A stretch of DNA of 64,000 nt from assembly GCF_037042905.1 (NCBI RefSeq), contig NC_087251.1, positions 5,706,001-5,770,000 of the forward strand. Direction: 5' to 3'. Below are positions 12,061 through 26,100 of this stretch, piece after piece. The stretch is from Lytechinus pictus (lineage: Eukaryota). Position numbers and translations under genes: made by a program. The notes beneath the pieces are model-generated. The model did no database searches. It saw nothing but the letters and a program-made list of their open reading frames with translations, and was not told the origin of the DNA. Within the stretch, counting starts at the first letter, position 1. Each line of letters opens with the position of its first letter.

Positions 12061-12574
12061 GGTATTGTCACACTAGAGGCGGAATGAGCCGGAATGCAGT
12101 CGGAATGAAAATTCTTGGCACATTCCTGGATATTCTAAGTGCATGCTAAAAATTCTGACTGCATTCTGAGTGCATTCCAAATATTCGGGTCCATTCTTGT
12201 GTCCAGCCCGAATGTTTTGTTCATTCTCAAAACTTTCGAGGTGCATTCAAACTGGAAAAATATCGAACGGCATTCAAAGTGCAGTCCAACAGCACTCTGA
12301 CTGCATTCCAAATATTCTGACGACATTTCAACAACATTCGAAACGTTTTGATCGCAATCATGGGAGAATCGAATCGCATAAAAGCACGGCTAGCTGTTGC
12401 TGCAACGTCAGTCAGAACTGAGGAGTCACTGAGGAGCATTGAGGTCATAACAGCATTTTTACAAATTTAGATCAATTCGAAATTCCCTCCCGAATGTGGC
12501 TCGAATTTTGAAAAATTTTCATTCCGGCTAGTTCTGCTTGATTCCTGCTTATTCCGAATAAGTGAGCCGGGGCT
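12061..12574. mobile_element. Probable degenerate MITE (Harbinger-like ends, GGAATG/CATTCC-rich interior)
   Basis: Imperfect inverted ends (..TCACACTAGAGGCGGAAT and ATTCCGAATAAGTGAG..); repeated GCATTC motifs; no clean TSD. Confidence 0.35.
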
Positions 12575-14846
12575 GTAAGGTTTCGTATGTATATAGTCAG
12601 GATTAGCACAATGGATTTGTTTTTTACTTTAAAGCAAATTTTTGGTGACATTCCCCTTCAAGTTTCAAGTGACGTAAAATCAGAATATTCAGAGCCATTG
12701 TGTTGTATGATAGTATATAATCTATGTAATTTACAGATGTCTTGCTTGCTATGTTTGTGTCCTTGGCGTTCTTTTCTTCTATGTTTGTATTCATCCATTT
12801 GTTTTGTTTGCTATTCTGAGAGGATCGACATGGTAGGAAAAATGGTCATTATATATCATCGTTTTAAAGGTTTTTCCTCCATTTATGTTATTTGATAAAA
12901 AAAAAATCGATTTCATTCCCGTTAATGACTTTTTATTTTCGTAAATAAATTTCGCTATGTGCACTTTCGCTCGAATTCATGTATACATCAAACGTATATC
13001 ATAATTCGCTTCAATACCTTAAAAAATGAAAATCATGGTGCCTATTAACTTTCAGAATCTACATACCTGCATTTTCTTAAACACACGATTTACATAAAAG
13101 GATGTGGGCTTGTACAGACTAACCCCATTCGGTAATCATGATTACTAAATGTTTATAGTCTAGGTTTTTAAGAAATTGATCAAGGCTTGCACTTAAACGA
13201 ATTTCAATACATGAATAACTAACGGTTATTATATGCATTCATGTAAAGTTTTAACGCTTGTTACGTCACCTTTCCCCATTTGTATTATGTTTTATCAAGT
13301 ATTCTGTCCTTACTCTTGCAGGTAGACACTTCATTACTATTCAGGAAATACTTAACTCATACTGTTATAAAGATGTGGCATCTATTGGTAATGATTTAGG
13401 ACTATAATTTTACTTTCGAGTATTTTGAAAGTGCAGTGACTCATTTTTTATTTGTTTTTCTTTGTGTAAATTTTAATTTTATATTTGAAAATATCTAGTT
13501 CTCTCTCCTCTTCCCTTTTTCTTGGTATTATTGTTATATTCTTTCAAAAATGTCCCTAAAATACTCAAATCCATGCTTGGAAATGGTTTTATACCAAATG
13601 AGAATCTTCATATAAGATCAAGAGAGGAAATTGAGCAAAGGGAAGAAAAGAGGAAAAAGAACACAAAAATGAGATGTCTTGACTCTCTTACAATTCAATT
13701 AAAATATGACGTAGTTTTTAGTTCGTCTTGCCCCCCACCCTCCATAAACCACAAACAAAAAACCCGGCGTCGCTCCTGATTTTGAATTAAAATAAAATCG
13801 TATCTGGGATGAACCAGTCTTTAAAATAATGTATTCTTAAATTATCCTCAAAATAATTATGCTTCGTCATTGGAATGTGTTCTTATCTCTTTTATAATGG
13901 TTCTGTTTTTTTTATCACATTATTCATCAATAGAAATAGGGAAGAGATATCCATCGAGAAAACTAAGAATATCTGTATTTGAAAACGTAATATTCGCCCG
14001 GATTTATATATATAGATATTTCTTGTTGAAATCCTACACGGACACGTCCAGACTTGTACTATAAAAGTGTAAGCTATAAGTGTTTGATATGGTTTCGATA
14101 ATAATGAAAGATATTAAAAAGAACATATATAATAATGATTCTTGTTTTTCTAATTACTCTTGACATTGGATAGCCGATTCGCCCGAGTAATAACAGGTAC
14201 AATTAGAGAGGAAAGAAGGGGTGGTTGTCTTTGTAATATTCCGGTACACTATTGCTTTTATAATTAAATGTAAATGATACTTGTCAGAGATCGCACTGGG
14301 TATTATGTTGATTTTCTTTTTATCTTGCAACTTCTTACCTTCATAATTGTGCACAATAGTTTTTTTTTTAATTGTTGAAGAATACCATAACGCGGCTCCT
14401 TTAAACCAATGTTCGTTTGTTGTTCTTGTTTTTATGACTTATGAACGTTGGCATGGTACAACATTTACTACTATCAACCATTTCTTTCATTCAACAACGT
14501 TTTGTTTTATTAATACTTTATCTGTTTTGTCTCTTTTTTTCTCTCTCTCTCTTTTTTAATAATCGCTTCTTCCCTCTTTACATTTCCCCCTCCTCGTTCT
14601 TCTTCTCCTTCTTGTTTAAAGGAGCCGCGTTGTGGCACTGGGTGCACGTGCACCCTCCCGCTCAGGCAGAGGAGTTCCAACACTGGCAAGCAAAACAACA
14701 TTTGTACCCCTTCTTCTGCTTTCAACAGCTGATTTTCCAAACTATAGTTCCACCTTTCCAAGATGAGCACCCCATACCACTTCAGTTCCACCTACTCAGG
14801 ATGTGCACCTCATCATGCTCAAACCAGCCTACGCTCTTGAGTCTTC

Positions 14847-14918
14847 CTCTTCTTCTTCTTCTTCTTCTTCTTCTTCTTCTTCTTCTTCTTCTTCTTCTTC
14901 TCTCTCTCTCTCTCTCTC
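14847..14918. repeat. Compound microsatellite (TCT)n(CT)n
   Basis: Directly visible; it explains the poly-L and poly-S ORFs. Confidence 0.95.
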
Positions 14919-15748
14919 CACCCCTCTCTCTATCTATACCTCTGAAAGTAAACAGGCTATGTTAATGATCGTTTGGATACAAATCTCTACCGTCACGTGT
15001 ACATTAATCAATGAAACAGAATCTAAAAGATATGAAACCAAACCAGCTCCCAAGGTTGTCTTGAAAGAATAATAATTAAAAAAAAAACGTTCAGATGTTA
15101 TATCACAATTGCTCTTTGTTCTGTAGCCTCTCTGTCAAACAATCAATGTTATAGAAATCAATCAGTGAGATGTAATGTAAATCAGAAACACCCATTTTGC
15201 TACGGGTTTCGATCAATATCGTTTTGATGGTTTACCATTATCGATCTGAAAAGAATTCCACTTTGAGCGGAAATCAAATATTGAGGTAATCAAGGTGATT
15301 TTCAAAAGCTATACAGTAGATGTGATGTTCATTAAAACACTCCTTTTTCAAGAAATTAAAAAAGAATGGGATTTAAACATTTCCAACTGATTATGAATAT
15401 GTTGAAGCACCCAAAAAAATTCCTTGGGGGTGCTGCGTGTGTTATTTTCCATAGGCAGCACCCCCTGGAAATCTGGTAGGTATGATAAATGACAGAAATG
15501 TAATGAAAATGAACGACGCTTTTTTTAGGCAGCCCCCCCCCCCACTACTTCAGAATTTTCCTTCACAGTGCTGGAAATAGTGTTTGAATTCACCCTTTTT
15601 CAAATCGGAACATCAAATATTTTCAGCTCGCGCTTCGCGCTCGCATTATTGATTTTCATAACAATAAAAATTGTATTTAGAATGCACAGATTTTAGGTCT
15701 AAATCAAAACATGCGCATGCATGATTATTCAGATACGCAGATTGTTTA

Positions 15749-16319
15749 AGTGGTACGCCGGGCGGAAAATATTTAAATCTAAATTAATAGAGTAAAATTT
15801 ACAAAGAAATTGCTGAAAATTTTATAAAAATCTGATAATAGTGAAGTTATCTGATTTCAAAATTTAGCAATATTTAGTGAAAACAGTGATGCACGTCGCC
15901 GGAATATTTAATAGGTAGGTTGATATGTCAAATCCAAACTATCCCTTTTCTTATGTTATTACATGAAATCAAAATTGTTTCATTTTTTTCTTACAAGTGT
16001 GAATGTCTATCTTGTATTGAAATAAGTTGCAGCAATGGACATCTAATGTTCTAAATCCGTTGTCTATAGTTTTGGTTCTTAAAGGGAAAAAATTGATAAA
16101 ACTAATTTCGTAAAAGAAAAAGTAGAGATATGACATCATCATTTTGCTCACTGAGTATTCATGAATACATACCAAGAACTGTTTCACCGAAATAATGCAA
16201 ATCTTTAGAATATAATAACTTTCTTATTCCTTTTCCGATTTTGTTCAAATCTTCATTTGTTGTTTGTCTGATTTTCTTTATCTGTTCAAACCATAATACG
16301 TTCAGCTTGGAGTACCCCT
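15749..16319. mobile_element. Degraded Kolobok-like MITE related to 52148-52715
   Basis: Ends AGTGGTACGCCGGGCGGAA and TTCAGCTTGGAGTACCCCT; interior colinear with 52148-52715. Confidence 0.65.
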
Positions 16320-16916
16320 GTAGTACGTACTCGAATTATAAAGTTTCAGATCAAAATATAAAAAATTTCTGCTCGCGCTTCGCGCTCACATTATCAATGT
16401 AGGAATATACCGATTTACCCATCCTTTCATGATTTTCTAAACATGAATAGAATGTCCATTTTCAGATCTGAAATTTCATTTTTGTTTCCGCTCTCGCTTC
16501 ACGCTCGCATCAATTATATTGTTATATACCTATCCTGTTCATGATTAGAAAAGTGCTTAGAATGTCCTTTATTAGGTCGGAAATCTCAATTTTGTTTCCG
16601 CTCGCGCTTCGTGCTCGCATCAATTGTATAGTTATATAGTTATCCTGTTCATGATTACAGAAAGTGTTTAGAATGTCCAGTTATTAGGTCGAAATGTCAA
16701 AAACTTTTCAGCTCGTGCTTCGCGCTCGCATTATTTGATTGTTGAAATATGTATCGTCTTCATAGGTAACTGGAAACAGTCCTTACATAACAGGTCCCTT
16801 TTCGATCAGGCCAGAACGTATACGGAAAATATCTGATCGCACTCGCAGTAATTATTTGTTACATAGCATCTTGGTCAGGACCACAAACATCACTCAACAT
16901 GTTCAATTTTCAGGAA

Positions 16917-16924
<8 letters not shown>

Positions 16925-16978
<54 letters not shown>
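16925..16978. repeat. (AT)n microsatellite
   Basis: Directly visible. Confidence 0.95.
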
Positions 16979-16984
<6 letters not shown>

Positions 16985-17900
16985 CATGTATATATATGTG
17001 TGGGAGAGGGGAACTCAATTGTGTCCCCCAACTTTGAGGAGAGATTTCAGCACCCCCACTGAAAAAAAAATCGTTCCCAGGGCCCTGGCTGGAATTGCCA
17101 TATAAAGAAAGGCAATAGAGATCGTAAACGAGAGAGAGAGAGAGAGGGGGGGGGGATATTGGGGGGTAGTCTGTGTCGAGAGGGGGGGGATAGGGGTTGG
17201 ATGATGGAAAGTCTTGATTGGATGCTTGTCTGCATAAGATGGGTATGTGAGAAAGATGATAAATATTGAATAAAAACCCAAACGATTAATCGATTACTAT
17301 TGATTTGGTCGAAGAGTCGCGTGCAAATCAACGCTCTACAAACAAGACAAGAACTATTGCGTGACAAATGTAGCCATTCTCCAGGTGTTTTATAAGAACA
17401 GGTTTGTATTCATTGTTGACCATGATGAAAATGCAGTTTTGATAGCGTTTAAATCTGAAATGAAACGTGCGAAAAATAATTCTCACAACAATTAGGGGGA
17501 CTTATAAATCTGAAATGAAATGTGCGCAAAATTATTCTCACATTAATATTTCGGGGACTTGTAATCATTGTATTGATTTTCTTTTAATTTGCACAGAAGC
17601 AATGACGAAAAATAACAATAATATGTTTATTGTTAAGGTTTGTCCAGGCATGAAAATTTTGATTGAAAAGAGTTATCCTCAAAATATTGTGTTCCCTTAT
17701 AGTCACCATGAACAAAATCAGCGAAACTGATTACAGATCGATCAAAATTGTTTTTATTTTCAATAAAATATGATTGGTCGGTTTAGAGTTGGTGCATGAC
17801 CGTAAAACAAGTTTTTAACAAATTATTATTATGTCCCATTCTGTTTTAATGTTTAACACAGTTACGAAAACTCGGTCAGTCTCTATTCATCCACTATCTG

Positions 17901-18045
17901 CAGGAGCCGCGGAAGCGGGGGGGGGGGGGGGGGGGGCTTCAGCCCCCCACTTTTTTCCAAAACCGTGTACAAAAACGTAAAAATGACCACTTTTGGCTCA
18001 GCCCCCCCCCCCCCCCCCACTTTGAAAACCGTTCCGCGGCCCCTG
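17901..18045. mobile_element. 145-bp hAT-like MITE with 5-bp TSD
   Basis: TIRs CAGGAGCCGCGGAA and TTCCGCGGCCCCTG; ATCTG on both flanks. Confidence 0.85.
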
Positions 18046-18712
18046 ATCTGGTGTGTTTTAATGTTCATTTGCTCTCATTAAAAGTACAGGCAGCGGTTTT
18101 GTTTTGATCAGTACTGACCGAATTATATGCCATCTGTTTAGTTCGACCACCAGCAAATTGTTTTTCTTCCAGTATTATCGGCAATGGATCATTCTTAAAC
18201 GAACAATATCTTCTTAAATCTAAACACGATCAAAACAAAATAAATATTAAAGGGGGATGAAACCTTTGGAATAAGTAGGCTTGTGTCGAAACAGAAAAAT
18301 CAAAGAATAAGAACAAAGAAAGTTTGAGAAAAATCGGACAAATAATGAGAAAGTTATGAGCATTTGAATATAGCAATCACTATAATGCTATGGAGATCCT
18401 CTTATATCATGTATATAATGCGACAATGTGTGATGTCACATGTGAACAACTTTCCCTTTGATGGACTATAAAATACCCTCAAAATGTCTCTTTCTGCTTT
18501 TTCTTGTGGTGATACAAACTCTTTATCCATGATGTATTCTTTAAAAATCTGTATTACATGCCCTCCTATAGAAAGAACACATGATCTACTGATAGATGTG
18601 ATAAAAGAGGCTATTTGAGTGAAATATGTACTAAAGTAATGGGGAGAGTTGTTCACAAGTGACATCACACAGTCATCTCCATAGCATTAGTGATCGCAAT
18701 ATTCAAATGCTC

Positions 18713-21700
18713 CACAAAAACCTGAATAATGTTATAGAGTTGGTCTTACCTTGTCTTCTTAAAAACAATAAGAAAAGTGAAAAGGAATACTTAGAATTAA
18801 GATAATGACAAGAGCTTAAACTTTTGTGTTTTTTAAAACTATTTTTCATGAACTGTTTCCAATAGTGAACTTTCGTAGGTGAATATGTGGAAAACAACTC
18901 AAAGGAGAAAAGGAAAGACCACGATGTAGAGCGCCACCTTGATCTCCCTAAGGCATACAGAAGAACTAGCCTTTGGTATGATTTGTTTTTTGTGTTTTTT
19001 GTTTGCTGAACCTGATTGTTTAATATATGTTGAACCTGATCATATGATGGTGGTACTTTTAAGAAATTCATATCTCAATTATGGATTTGAAGCTGATGAC
19101 ACATAATGTGAACGGATTGGGGGACTTTAAAGCAAGGAAACGTTATTTTAATTATATGCTTAAACAGAACAAAGATATTATCCTTTTACAGGAAACTCAT
19201 TCTGTTGAAAAGGAAGAATCATTATGGAGAAATCAAGTTAGAGCTGATATTATTTTCAGTCATGGAACTTCTAAGAGCAGAGGAGTATGCATTATATTAA
19301 GAAAGACACCTGATTTTAAAGTGTTAGACTCCATTAAAGATATAATGGGACGATTTTTATTGGTAAAAGTTGAAATTCAGAAGAAAGTTTATGTGATTTG
19401 TAACATATATGCACCAAATAATGAGACGGATCAGGTTGAGTTTTTTAAGAAGGTAGACTTGACCATACAAGATAATGTTGAAAATGGGGAAATTCTTATA
19501 ATTGGTGGGGACTTTAATTTAATTCAAAACCTTGATCTGGACAGGGCAGGTGGCTCAATGAAAAGTATTTGGAAGCACTCTGTGAATCTTATAGAAAGTA
19601 TGAAAATTTATTTTGGTTTGGCTGATGTATGGAGAATCAGAAACCCTTGCAAAAAAGGATTTACTTGGAGAAGGTATAACCCAATGGTGCAATCTAGATT
19701 GGATTTTTGGTTAATCCATGAATCATTACAGAATACAATTAGTGAAAATGATATTATACCGTGTGTTTTGTCTGATCATGATCATGTTAGTTTACACATG
19801 AAAATTGGGACAAAAAAGTTTGGTCTGTCCTACTGGAAATTTAACAATAGTCTATTGAATGATATGGAGTATGTTAATGCTTTAACTAATAAGTACTCAA
19901 AATGGATTGATGAGTTTACAGATAGTAATGACAAAGGAGGACTATGGGACTGGTTAAAGTTTAAAATTAGAGAATTTACTGTACCATTTTCTAAGAAGAA
20001 GAAATGTGAAAGGGAAGAGAAAAGAAAGGATTTTGAAAAAGAATTGAAGAAAATAGATGACATGATGGCAGCAGAAGATATAGATGAAGAATTAATGAAA
20101 AAGAAAAGGGAGATAGAACAGGAGTTGTTTAAAATATATGACTATTTTGCAGATGGGGCAATCTTGAGGTCAAGGTGTACATGGTACGAGAAAGGGGAAA
20201 AGAGTACTAAATATTTTTTGTCATTGGAAAAAGGTCAAGCAGCAAACTCTAATATTGATGTTTTAATTTCAGATGTGGGACGTATTGATAAACAGTATGA
20301 AATACAGGATTTCATTAAGAATTCATATAAAACTTTGTTTGAGAACAAAGATAAGGTGGAAGATGAGGTGAGTAGAGAGTACATAAGTCAGAGTAACATC
20401 AAGCAACTCACAGATGAAGAAAGAAATTCGTGTGAAGGAAACATCACTTGCTCTGAAGCTAGGGCAGAATTGTTAAAAATGGCTAGAAATAAAACACCTG
20501 GGAACGATGGGTTAACTGTGGAGTTTTATGAGAGGTTTTGGCCTTTGATATCAAAAGAAGTTATTGATTCTTTCAATTTTGCATATGAAAATAGTGCAAT
20601 GTCTGTGTCACAAAGACAAGGTACAATTAAACTCATCCCTAAGCCTGATAAAGATAAACACACACTGAGCAATTGGCGTCCCATAACTCTTTTAAACGTA
20701 GATGTTAAAATACTTTCTAAATGCTTGGCGAAGAGAGTTGCTAAGGTGATAGGAAAGTTAGTAGATAGTCAACAAACTGCCTTTATTAAAGGCAGATACA
20801 TAGGGGAAGGAATAAGGTTAATATCAGACCTTTTACAATATACTGAGGAGGAGAATTTGAGAGGTATTATGCTAGCCCTTGATCTAACAAAAGCATTTGA
20901 TTCAATAAGCCACAGGTTCATGCTAAATTGTTTAGAAGTGTTCAATTTTGGACCATTTTTCATACAATGGGTTAGAACATTGCACACTAATATAAGTAGT
21001 TGTGTTTTGGTGAATGGATTTACCACTGGCTATTTTCCAGTGTCTAGAGGAGTCAGACAAGGTGATCCTCTTGCTCCTTTACTGTTTATACTGAGCTTGG
21101 AAGTTGTTCTTACAAGACTTAATAATAATGATAATATTCAGGTTTTTGAACTTAGTGGAAAACAAATAAAGTATACAGCTTATGCTGACGACATAACTTG
21201 CTTTTGTAGGAATGTTCAATCAATGAAGATGGTTTTCAAAGTTTTTGAAGAATTCTCAATCATATCAGGTCTTTATTTGAATAAAACAAAAACGGAAGGA
21301 ATTTGGATTGGGAAAGATAGGCACAATGGAGAAAAAGCAAATGATATACATTGGGCAGACAAAAGCATCAGAGTTTTAGGCATTTATTTCTCATATGATC
21401 AGGAAATAGTCAGGAAACTGAACTTTGATAAGAGACTGGATGAAATAAAATGTACTTTCTTAAGATGGAAGAATCGGGGATTAACTTTATTAGGGAAAGT
21501 TCAACTATTGAAAACATTTGTTATGTCTAAGATTATGTATATAGTTTCCAATATTGTAATACCCGATGATTTTATTAAGGAGGTTGAAAAGTTGATGTTT
21601 CAGTTTATGTGGAAAGGCCCAGATAAGATATCACGGGCAACAATGATTGCAGATTATACCGAAGGTGGTCTGAAATTCCCGAAACTAAAATGCATGATAG

Positions 21701-23111
21701 AGACACAGCTGGTTAAGTGGATTCAGAGATACTATACATAATCAGATCATCATTGGAAATTGTTCTTTGACCATTATTGTAAACGATTTGGTGGAAAATT
21801 GATTTTTATGAGTAATTATTTTGTGAGCCAGTTGAACTCTCTTGGAATTCCCTTATTTTATCATAACTTGCTGTTAGCATGGTCCAAGACAAAGGAGTAT
21901 AATCAATTTGTTGATGATCAAGGAACCCAAGCAAGTGTACTTAGTCAAATTGTTTGGAATAATCAATATATTCTTATTGATAATAAATCAGTATACTGTA
22001 AGGCCTTTCATGAGGCAGGTCTATGTTATGTATATCAACTTTTTGATCTACATGGAAACATAATGCAATTTAATTTTTGGAAAGCAAGAGGAGTACCACA
22101 TAAATATTACATGATATATTTGGCAATAGTATCACTAGTCAGGAAGAAATGGGGAAGTTCATTTAATCAATTGTTGATACAAATGTTCTTGGAGAAAATA
22201 GATTATGAACATGATCAGTCCGTCCTTTTGACAGGAGAAATTCAAAAACTAAAAACTAGAAATATCTATGTTGATTTAGTGAGTAAATTAACACATAGAC
22301 CTGTCTGTGAGCCCCTATTTTCCACTAAATATGGGATAGAGGAGGAAGAATGGCCACAAATGTATTTACTCCCATTTAAATGCACAATAGAAGTTAAAAT
22401 GAGAGTCTTCCAGTTTAAAATTTTGCATAATATTCTCTACACCAATGAGAGATTATTTAAAATGAAGCAAGTTGAGACAGAACTTTGCACATTGTGCAGG
22501 ACCTCTGTTGAAACTCCTTTACATCTTTTTTTATGAATGTAAGGTTGCTGAAGATTTAAGACATGCTTTTGTTGATAAAATTGGTCTGAAGCTATCTGTC
22601 AGATATGAGGATCTATCTAGGAAAAGAATGATGTTTGGCTTCATAAAGGATTGGAAGGGACCACATAAAATATTACTGAATCACTTAATTATCTTATTGA
22701 AGAGATACATTTATATTCAGAAATGCAGGAATTTAGTAGTAAGTTTTATAGGTTTTGAAGCATTCATTTGCAAAATCAGACATATAGAATTGGTAATTGC
22801 TAAACAAAAGCACAAAGAAAACATGCACTATAGAAAATGGTCCCCTATTGAGAATTTATTTTAATTATCCATAATTATATTTTGATGAAACAATCCAAAC
22901 CACCAGGGACTCATTTTTTAGCTTTTGCATCAGGTCTGTTTGTTTGTTGTTTTTTTTTTTTTTTTTTTGGTAATTGTTACAGTGATTCCTATTTAATTAT
23001 TGTTCTTTTAATGTTATACAATTATGTAATTCATGTATGATTGTTGTTTTTGTAATGTTACGAAAAAATCTTGAAAATCAATAAAATTTGGAAAAAAAAA
23101 AAAAAAAAAAA
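18713..23111 (+). mobile_element. 5'-truncated L1/Tx1-clade non-LTR retrotransposon
   Basis: 15-bp TSD AATATTCAAATGCTC at 18698-18712 and 23112-23126. AATAAA at 23080 and poly(A) at 23092-23111. Contains a full ORF2; no ORF1 is recognisable. Confidence 0.95.
19081..22864 (+). pseudogene. LINE ORF2 (APE endonuclease, reverse transcriptase, C-terminal Zn knuckle), ~1260 codons, with one nonsense codon and one +1 frameshift
   Basis: APE motifs THNVNGL, LQETH, NIYAPN, GGDFN, SRLD, SDH. RT motifs KTPGNDG, NWRPITLLN, DLTKAFD, GVRQGDPL, YADD. In-frame TAA at 21739-21741. Removing an extra T in the run near 22526-22532 restores CTLC..ETPLHLFYEC. Confidence 0.95.
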
Positions 23112-26100
23112 AATATTCAAATGCTCATAACTTTCTCATTATTTGTCCGATTTTCTCAAACTTTCGTTGATCTGTTTCTTTGATTTTTCTGTTTTCACAC
23201 AAGCTATCTTGTTCCAAAGGTTTCATTCTCCTTTCATGTTTGAAAAAGCGAAAATCTGTTATTCGATTCTAGTATTTCCATAAGTATCCGTAATATAAGT
23301 GTCGTCATTTATTTTGCACGTTATAAAGAAATCTCTCCTCTTCAAAATTCGGGATAGTGTGTCTTTTACAGAATTATTTTCACATTTATGAGATAACTTG
23401 AATTCATCTATCCCCTTCCTCTCCATTCTTTCTTTATATCGGGGGCATAACCATGGTAATAGGCACTAATATTTTTGAGAGACACCAAATAGTGTATAGG
23501 ACATATATAAAAAGTCACAAACGAACGAAAATTTGTGATGTTGATATAATATCAAAATATACGTATCTCATTTTACCCTTTATAATTTTGTGTTGTTTTT
23601 CCCTTTCTCTTTTAGGGTGCCTCTACACAGTACAATCACGTTTTGTATATATGTCACTAATTTTCGATTGTCCGGATGTAGTGTATTATCGTTATTTTAT
23701 CAACCATATTTTTTTTCTTTCGAAATGATGTCCACTATAAAACTATTGTAGGTTGACATGAAGTAAAATTCTGCCAAAGTGTCTTTCACGGTTTGTTTCG
23801 AATTAAACTATCAATATGCAATTTCCAAGGTGCAAAATGCTCGAATCTTATAGCAGTGTTCACATAGCGGGCACCTTGGTAGTGTGGGGTTTTATTATCG
23901 CGGAAAAAAATTGAACTTTAACTTCAGATTCTGTTGATAACAATGTAAAGATTGATATTGATTGGTTTTACAAGATGCAACACAGCTCAAAGTAAGTGTT
24001 AAATGCAAGATGTATGATAATGTAAAGCTATCGTTGACCTAATTCACACTGTTAAAATATTCGAATGTAGTAGTGTACTAGCATGGGGCGGGAGGAGGGG
24101 GATCGCAACCGGAAACCCCCCCCCCCCCTGCTCCTCGTGGAATGTAGATGTTTTTTAACGAGAATGGGTCATCTTGCTCCCCTAAAAAAAGTTTAAGAAT
24201 TTGGCACTCATGGTGAATAGATCACAAATGACACACTGTGAGAAACTGTGTTATTTCCATCAGAATACTTGATAATTATGAACCAGTGTTGGTACTGCAA
24301 GCAGCTGAAGATACGTAGGTCCAGATGTGCGTATCACGCGGCGCCACTTGGCGCGTCGCAGTCCATCTCTGGCGGACCTTTGAGTGTAAGCATGCATCAT
24401 CGGGGAAAAGAAAGCAATGGAATGGTGCAAATTTAGACGGCAGGGAAAGTCCCAGTGAGACACTGTCGTTGGATATTGTGTCCGTATTAAAGATGTGCAG
24501 GCGATCAAATGGAAACAATTTGAATTTGATACTCAATAAGTCTAAGAATTGTAGGAGACCGTGTTATCTTGAATCTAGAGCTTTGCAGCAATGTCCCTGA
24601 TTTCTGCAAGTGGTATTAAAATGCTGCATTAAAATTTAATCACTTCTAAAATAGTGATGGATGAAAACTGGTTATAACCCCGTCAAATCTTGACTTAATT
24701 GGACCTGCTTAGATACCTTTTTTTTGTTATTGAACAACATTTAAAATGAATGATTACAGAAGCCCTTAGAGACGATGGCGTTAAATAGGACAGACAACTG
24801 TCTCCATGTCTCTGCAGTTTTATACTTCCAGCTTGCATTATAAGGAGCCAAGATTTGTTTAAGATATTTAATATAGGTGTTAAGGTGACAGATTGATCAT
24901 AATCAAATAATAAATTGGACATGTAAGTATAGCAGCTAAGGGATACGGTTCAGGAGGTAGGGGTATGATAGTCCCCTCATTATGATGCTGATCTTTCAAG
25001 TGATAAAACTTCAAACGATAATTAAAGAGGAAAAGAGTCGTATTACATTTTCTTTTTTTTTTCTAGGTCATTATTCGTCAGTGAGTGAGGGGCCTCTTTT
25101 TCCTGTATTCACTCCTATACCATGCATGCTCTGCTATACCTAACAAAATGTAATGCCGGGGGTTTTGTTTCTTGGTGGCAATAACAACCCTAAATCGAGA
25201 ATTTACTGACATTATTTTTAACGTTTACATTGCAATCGGGTTTACTTGGTGACCCGAATGAACTATTGGTATTTGGGGATCTGGGTTACATTAGCTACAA
25301 AAGTCAACCATTTTCGATAGTTAGAGCTGAAAATTGAAAGTTCAGGATTTCTGCAGCATGTGCAATCAGGCAATTATCTATAAGATTTGAAGATTTCATG
25401 CAAACAAGATTATATTTATAATAAAATCATTCACATTACATATTAAGATGATTGTTATTCATAAAGAATATGGCTTGAGTATTTTGATTCCATTTTTGCC
25501 AAACATATATGTAAAATAAAATAGAGCGAGTTCTTCAGCGAGACCAGTCTAGATGTATTTGTTTATTTCTTTCTTTCAGTTTTTACTTCTGTGTGAATTG
25601 CCTACAAAAATCTTCAAATGGGCAAATGATTTTAACCTTGAAGTGAATCTTAGCATATAAATTTATGTATAGTTTTTATGTGATTTCTACCAAGAAAAAG
25701 AAAGACATCAACAATTCGTAGTTGCAATTAAGTATCTCTTTCAAACAACTGATTGAAAGAGATTTTCTCCAGTTGTTTGTCATTGCATTTAGCGACCGTG
25801 GGATGATGAGCCCGTACTTGGTCTATGAAACATCCAACCATAACCATTTTGACGTAATAAAAAGGTTATTGGTTAGATGTTTGAAACGAAAAATGTTTAA
25901 CTGTATCTGCTCTGAAATGATCTCACGGAAATGAACAAGTGCACTTGCAGATCCTTTGAGAGGCACGATTAAAATTTGTAATCTAAAAATGCCGTTAAAA
26001 CAGAAATGTGCCCCCACCCCCCTTTGCACGTGAAGACTTTTTTTTCTTTGCTTGTCAATTTTTTTCGCGGACGAAATCCCCTATAATTTTTGGTTAAAAC

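Larger units (their letters stand above)
15590..17088. mobile_element. hAT-like non-autonomous element remnant with GCTCGCGCTTCGCGCTCGCA array
   Basis: The array resembles 7040-7960. The right end is AATCGTTCCCAGGGCCCTG; its reverse complement is seen at 48095. The left end was not found. Confidence 0.6.
18251..23232. mobile_element. Kolobok-like MITE (TTAA target, AGG ends) split by a LINE
   Basis: TTAA|AGGGGGATGAAACCTTTGGAA ... TTCCAAAGGTTTCATTCTCCT|TTCA, with long subterminal inverted repeats 18251-18395 versus 18675-18712 plus 23127-23232. Confidence 0.85.

Noticed and set aside
14640..14655. Perfect 16-bp palindrome GGGTGCACGTGCACCC with an E-box
   Set aside because: Single motif with no supporting context; it may be a MITE-end remnant.
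14441..15072. 174-aa and 89-aa ORFs with poly-L or poly-S
   Set aside because: Products of the (TCT)n microsatellite and pyrimidine-rich low complexity.
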